64,000 nt of DNA from Candidatus Eiseniibacteriota bacterium (GTDB lineage: Bacteria > Omnitrophota > Gorgyraeia > 2-02-FULL-51-18): positions 264-64,263 of the forward strand of contig DATJEK010000095.1 in NCBI GenBank assembly GCA_035496715.1, written 5' to 3'. Shown in pieces: positions 35,001-41,000 of this stretch. A program made the position numbers and the translations under genes. Below the pieces are notes generated by a model. The model was not told the origin of the DNA. It did not search any database and saw nothing but the letters and a program-made list of their open reading frames with translations. Each line of letters begins with the position of its first letter. Position 1 is the first letter of the stretch.

Positions 35001-38000
35001 GCAGCATCCCCTGCACCTTGGAGCGGACCTTCTTTTCGAAAAGAGCGTCGTGCTCGGAGAAGCGCTTGCCGCCGTCCTCCCGCCACTGACGGCGCCATTC
35101 CTGGAGAGATTCGAGGAGCGAGACGATGTCGGCCTCGGCCGCGCCGGATGCTTGAAAAAGCCTGAGCCGCTCGGCGATCCCGCGGATCGTCTCTTCCGGC
35201 ACGGCCGGCTTGTAGCCGACGCCTTTGAACGCCGTTCGCATCTGGGATTCGGCGACGACCAGCTTCTCCGCCCTCTCGACGGCGGTCGCCAGCGTCTGGC
35301 GCGCCCATTCGGGATACTCCTCGCTCGAAAGGACGCGCCCGGCGAGCCTCGCTCCCAAGGCGGCCGGCAATCCGGCGGCGCGGCGGAAAATTTCCAGGCG
35401 GCCGTTCCCCCAGTCCCCTTTCATGAAAAACTGGGCGAACCGCAGGCGGAACGACACCGGCCAGGTCAGCTCCTCCGGACGGAACTCGAGCGGCGCCTGC
35501 TTGCCGAGCCACTCGTTGGACGACGGGAACAGCGGGTTGCCGAAACGCGGCAGGAGGAACCGGAAGCGGCTGTCCTGCTCGTTGTCGCCCACGAGATAGG
35601 CGCCGTTTTTCAGGAGGTCGCGCTTGAGCGCGTTGACGGCGAGTATCTCCCTCTCGCCGCGGGCGCCGTCGGCGCGAAGGTCCTGACCGAGATACAAATC
35701 CCGGTCATCCGCGAGGAGCTCGTGATAGTAGTTCGGCGCCTTCTCGAAGAAAAGGTCGAGCCCGCCGCGGGACCGCAGGTCTTCGAGGACGGCGTCGGGC
35801 AGAGAGGACGCTTCCAGCGATTCCGTGTGGGTCGAGCCCAGGAAATAAACCGTGCGGGGCCGCGCTTGGCTCTCCGACGGATGGCGCCAGCTGAAGCGGA
35901 TCTTCCAGGCGTCGTCACCGAGGGGCAGGATCTCGAGGTCGGTGATCGGCCCGCCCTGGAGGGCGGCCATGCGCTCGAGCGAGACCAGGAAAAGCTCGCG
36001 AAGGTTGACCTTGAGCGTCCCGAAGAGCGCCTCGAGCGAGCTCTCGCCCAGGACGGGAGAGGCGACGATGGCGCGCATGAGGGCGGCTTCGCGCTCGTCG
36101 CGCTTGGGCACGCCGCGCGCGAACTCGAACTGGTCGGTCATGACGAGGAGGTCGGGGTTTCCGGCGACGAACGGATCCAGGGCGTTCGCGGCGGAGTTGA
36201 CGTAGAGGCCCGCTTTCGGAGAATTTCCGGCGTTGACCACGGAGCGGATTTCGCCGAGGTAGGCGAGGCGGCGTCTCCACTCTTTCGTTTCGAGCGATTC
36301 GCGGCCGGTCGGCTCGATCCGCTGAAGAGCCAGGCGCGCGCCCGCGCCGGCGGCGGCCGCGTCGCGGGCCGCGAGATACGCCGCGAACGGCCCTTCACGG
36401 AGCGCGGCGAGCCGTTCGCGCGTCCAGCCGCCCGCCTCGACGTCGATCCACGCCACGTCGCGGAAAGGTTCCTCGCGGTACGTCAGGATGCGCTCGATCT
36501 CGCTTTGGCGGTTGAGATCCTTGGGCGTTCCCGCGAGCTCCGGCCGGTGCGTGCGCGGATAACCGAGCGCGAAACCAACGTTGCGCGTGAATTCCTCGTC
36601 GTCGGTGTAATCGGTCAGGCGCGGCTCGTACAGCGGCTCGATGAAAATCCCCCAGCCCGTGCCCTCGAGCTGGCGGAGCGCCGTCTGGTAGGAACGCAGG
36701 CCGTGCGGCGGCGTGCTGACCAGCTGAAGGCGGGCCGTGGCGAGCCCGCGGTCGCGGAGGACCTCGGGGATCGTCTTGTCGCGGCTTTCGACGAGGTTGG
36801 CCTTCGTGTGCTGCGAGGCCTTCTCGAGATAGATGATTGTTTGGCCGTCGATCCGTGACGGCACGCCCAGATGGTTGAGAAGCTTCTCGATCAGCTCGGC
36901 CTCGGTCGTGCGCGATTCGCCGGCGGCCGGCGCGCGGTAGCGCCGCACGAGCGCGCGGAACGCCTCACGCTCGGCCGCCTCCATCGGGCGCGAAACGTTT
37001 TCGACGTACGAGTGCTCGATCAGGGCGAAGAGGTCGTCGGTCGCGCGGCCGATGCCGCCGGTCACGATGACCGGGACTCGCGATTTCGCGGCGCGCGCTT
37101 TCCAGAGCGACGCGAAGGCCTCGAACGCGCGCAGGTCCTGCTGGCCGAGCAGCACGTAAATGTCGGGAAGCTCGCCGGCCGGAAGCGGGTGTGAAACGGA
37201 CACGGCGTCGACGTACGGCTGGATTTCGCGCGCGGCGTCGGCTCGCGCCCGGTCCAGCGAGAGCCGGGCTCCCTGCCGCAGCACGAACACGCGGCCGTTG
37301 GGATCCGGGTGGCCCGCCGGGACCGCCAGCGGCGCGTCCATGCCGGTGAAGCCGAGCTCTTCGAGGATTTTTCTGGCGATGGAATTCATCCGGGCGCCGC
37401 CGCCCGGAAGCTCGGAAGCCGCGATGCGCAGGATCACCGTCGCGCCGGGCTTCATGACGTCGCGCACGTCGGACAGCGCCCTGCGGAAATCTTCGGGGTT
37501 CATCTGGTAATTCAGGGAGCGCGATTCGTAGTACCCCAGGATCTTGTTTTCCCGGAGCGTCGGGTCCCCGGGCGCGAGGTTGGGCACGTTCCAGACGAAC
37601 ACGTCCGCGTCCGCCGCGCCGGGGAGGCTCTTCGGCGACCGCGCCTTGACGACCGTGGCCCGGCCGCGCGCGGCCGCGTCCTCGAGAAGCGCCAGGCGCG
37701 CCCGCGCGTTCATGACCTTGAGAAGGGTCAGGTCGTACGCCTCGACGTGTCCGGCCCGGGCGGCCAGAAGCGCCGTCACCTCGCCGCCGCCCGCGCCGAT
37801 TTCGACGGCCGACGCGCCGGCGGGAACGAGGTCGGCGTTGGCCGGATCGTTCAGGACGTCCAGGAGAAGCCGCGTCGACGGATCGTCGGGTCCGAACGAA
37901 CCCGGAAACGTGAAGCCGCGCTCGGGCGAACCCGCATACTGGCGGACCGTCGTCTGGCCGAAGAAGCTGTCCCCCGCGTAGGGGTCGTCCGCGATGTTGA

Positions 38001-41000
38001 GCGCCCCGAACGGCGGCAGCGCGCGGTGATGCTCGGCGATGAAATCCTGCAAGAGCCTCTTCACTTGGTCGTCGCGCTGGCCGTACCAGCCCATCACCGC
38101 GCGGCCCCAGTCGTCCGCGGACCGCTTGAAGAGAGCCGCCTGGTCGTTGCGAAGGAGCGGATAATACAGAGTCTTCTCTCCGGGCCGCGACCAGACCAGC
38201 GCCAGCGGCCGCTTTTCGTGGGTCAGAAGATACAGGTCCTTCTCGAGCGATCCGAAGTCGCCGCTCTGCAGCATCCGCTCGGCGGCGTCCAGATAGGGCG
38301 CGGCCAGCCTGCGGGTGTTTTCCGCGAAGAAAACGTCCGCGGCGCTCTCGAGGGTGTCGAGCGTGGGTGAAACTTTGACTTTCCCGAATCCCGCCGCGCC
38401 GCCCGCCTGCCCGGTGGGGACGGGCTCGATGACGGCCGTCGAATCGTCGATCCCGAACGCCGCGAGAAACTGCCGGACCGGCATCTCGGGCTCGATGTCC
38501 GCGAAGACCGAACGCGCCGGCGCGGCGGTCGACAGCCTCGCCCCCAGGAGCTGGTGCTGGTGAAGCAGGCGCTCGACGTCCGATTCCTTGGCCATCCAGA
38601 CGCCGCGGGTGTACCGCTTCGTCGGGCGCGGGGCGCCTTCGGACGCGCGCACGGTCAGGACGTCGCGCAGCGGAAGCTTCAGATCGCGCAGCGAGACGTC
38701 GCCGCGGCTTTCGATCATTTTCCACTGCGGCGCCTCCGTGACCGGAACGGGCTTCACCGCGATCACTCCGACGGTGCGCTCCAGAAGCGCGTGCTTCAGC
38801 CATTCGGCGCTTTCGATCGACGCGGCGATCGATTCGTCGGTGTCGGTCTCGTCGCGGAGCTTCAGGAGATACAGGCCCTTCGGCAGTCCCTGGCCGTTGT
38901 CGTCGCCGATCTTCAGCAGCATGTCGAAACGGTTGCGCGTCCCCTGGTCCGTCGGCACCTCGAAGTCGAACCCGATGACCTGCACGCCGCCCAATCCCTC
39001 TCCCATGATTTCGTAAAGCCGGGAGGCCGTCCCCATGCGCCGCGCGTACAGCGCCAGGCGCGGTTCGGTGGGGTTGGCTCCGAGGTCGCGCATCAGCCGG
39101 CCCATGCCGGAGACGTTGAAAAATTTGGCGGCCATGGCCTGCAGCGCGTGGTGCGAGGGGTCGCCGTTCCAGACCACGTTGACCCCCTTGCCGATGTCCT
39201 TGCGCACGCGCTCCGTGATGATGTCCCTCTGCTCCTGCACCGTCTCGGGCACGGGGATCGCCTGGAAAAAACCGTTCACGGGAGAGGCGGCCAGCCGCAG
39301 GTACGAATGCGACTTCTTCACTTCGGTCAGGTCGGCCAGCCGCGGAGGACGGTCGATCCAGCTCTGCACGCGTTCGGGCCGCGGCCGCGGCAGTCCGGCC
39401 GGCAGCGCGTGCTCGGTGTCGTAATTCAGCGTCGCGATGCGCACCTGCGTCCAGCCGTGGTGCGGCGTCAGGCCTTTGCGCGGGATCAGGCGCGGGCCGC
39501 CGGCGGCGAGCACGATCCCCTGGATGTTGATGAGAAGCTCTTTCCTCAGCCAGTCGGCGCTTTCGATCTGCCGGGACAGCTGCTCTTCGGCGCGGGAGAC
39601 CATCGCCGACGGGGACACCTCGAGCGCGTCCTCCTTGGCTTCCACGAAATAGAAACCGGGCGCCAGGCTGAGGCGGTTGCGGGGACCGACGCGCAGGACG
39701 ATGTCGATCTCGTTGGTCTGGCCTTTCTTCGCGGGGACTTCCAGCCCGAGCGTCACGACTTCCGCGGCCTCGGGCCCTTCGCCGAGAATGTCGAGAAGCC
39801 GCGCGGCCGAAAAAAGCTCGCCCGCGATTTCCCGGATCTCCCCCGGATTGGGGCTCGAACCGATGCGCCTCAGGATGCGCACGACGCCCGGCACGTCCTG
39901 GAAACGCATCACGAGCGACTCGAGCTCCGACCAGCCTCCGCCCCAGATGCGGTCGATGCCCTTCTGGATGAGCGCGGTCTCCTCCTTGCGCTGCAGGGCC
40001 AGGCGCGCGCCCGCCGGCGCCGCGCCGGAGAGATCGACGCCGGTCATCGCGGTGAGCGCGCGGCGCACGTTCGCGGGCGCGAGAGCCCCCGCTTCCTGCC
40101 CGGCGATCGCCGCTTCGTAATCGTCCATCCACTGCGTCAGGCGCGCCGACTTCTGGGCCGGATCCGACGGAAGGCCTTCGACGAACGGGCCGAGCATGAA
40201 CCGCACTTCGCGTTCGGTCGCGAACGGGTTCGTCTTGCCCAGGTGCGTGAGGTTGGTGATCGCGATCTTGTACCGGCTCGTCTTCGAAGAGAACGCCTGC
40301 TCGTACTCGGACGGGCGCCGCGTCAGGAGCGTCACGTAGGGACGCTTCTTCGTGGGGTCCGTGATGCGCGGCAGGACGATGAGGTAGGAAAGGTTTTTGC
40401 TTTTCAGGATCTGCGAGATCCCTTCGGTGTGAAAACCGCCGGTGATCAGCGCCGCGACGCGCCGGTCCTGGGCGCGCATTTTTTTGAGCGTGTTGGAGAC
40501 GAGCGCCAGATTTCGCTTCTCCGCCAGGCGGTAGAAGCGCACGGCCGTCGGCAGCATGCGGTAGAGGCGCTCGGCGCGGAAGCCCTCGTACAGCGGCACG
40601 TGATATTTCTCGGTGAGGCGCGCGAGCGTCTCCTGGAAATAGTCGGCGTCGAAAAACGCGGGATGCGTTTCGTAGAACCCCGCCTCTTCCGCCGAGGCGG
40701 TCCCCGAGACGAGCGCCGAGAGGATCCGCGCGCGGCGTTCGAGCTCGTCGAGGCGGCGCTCGTCGGCGGAGGCGAAATGCGCGCGCTTGACCTTCCCCTC
40801 GAAATCCTCGAGCTCGCGGAAGATGTGCGTCAGGTCGATCGTCTCGAAGAGCAGCAGGTAATGCGTGTAGCGGGCGAGGTTCGGATACTGCGCGGCGTCG
40901 ACCGCGTAGCGGCTGGCCGTGTCGGTGATGAAGAGGTGGTAGTCGGCCTCGGAGAGCTTGCCGGCTTTGAAGGCGAGGGACTTGAGCACGACCCGCTCGA

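Larger units (their letters stand above)
2035..40011 (-). repeat. 32 dispersed copies of peptide motif GARL[A/S] (23 GARLA, 7 GARLS, 1 GARLG, 1 GARLP) in gene A
   Basis: Low coordinate of each 15-nt copy: 39997, 38530, 37258, 36328, 35341, 33775, 32272, 31969, 31360, 31258, 30250, 28927, 28867, 25768, 24493, 23830, 21244, 20518, 19327, 18568, 18520, 17380, 15724, 11752, 9115, 7621, 6904, 6877, 6301, 4591, 3223, 2035. None falls inside a recognised domain. Confidence 0.95.

Noticed and set aside
12040-37400. Partial motifs GARP, GARR, GARG, GARM
   Set aside because: They lack the Leu and lie inside modules; this is expected by chance in Ala/Arg/Gly-rich protein, so they were not counted.
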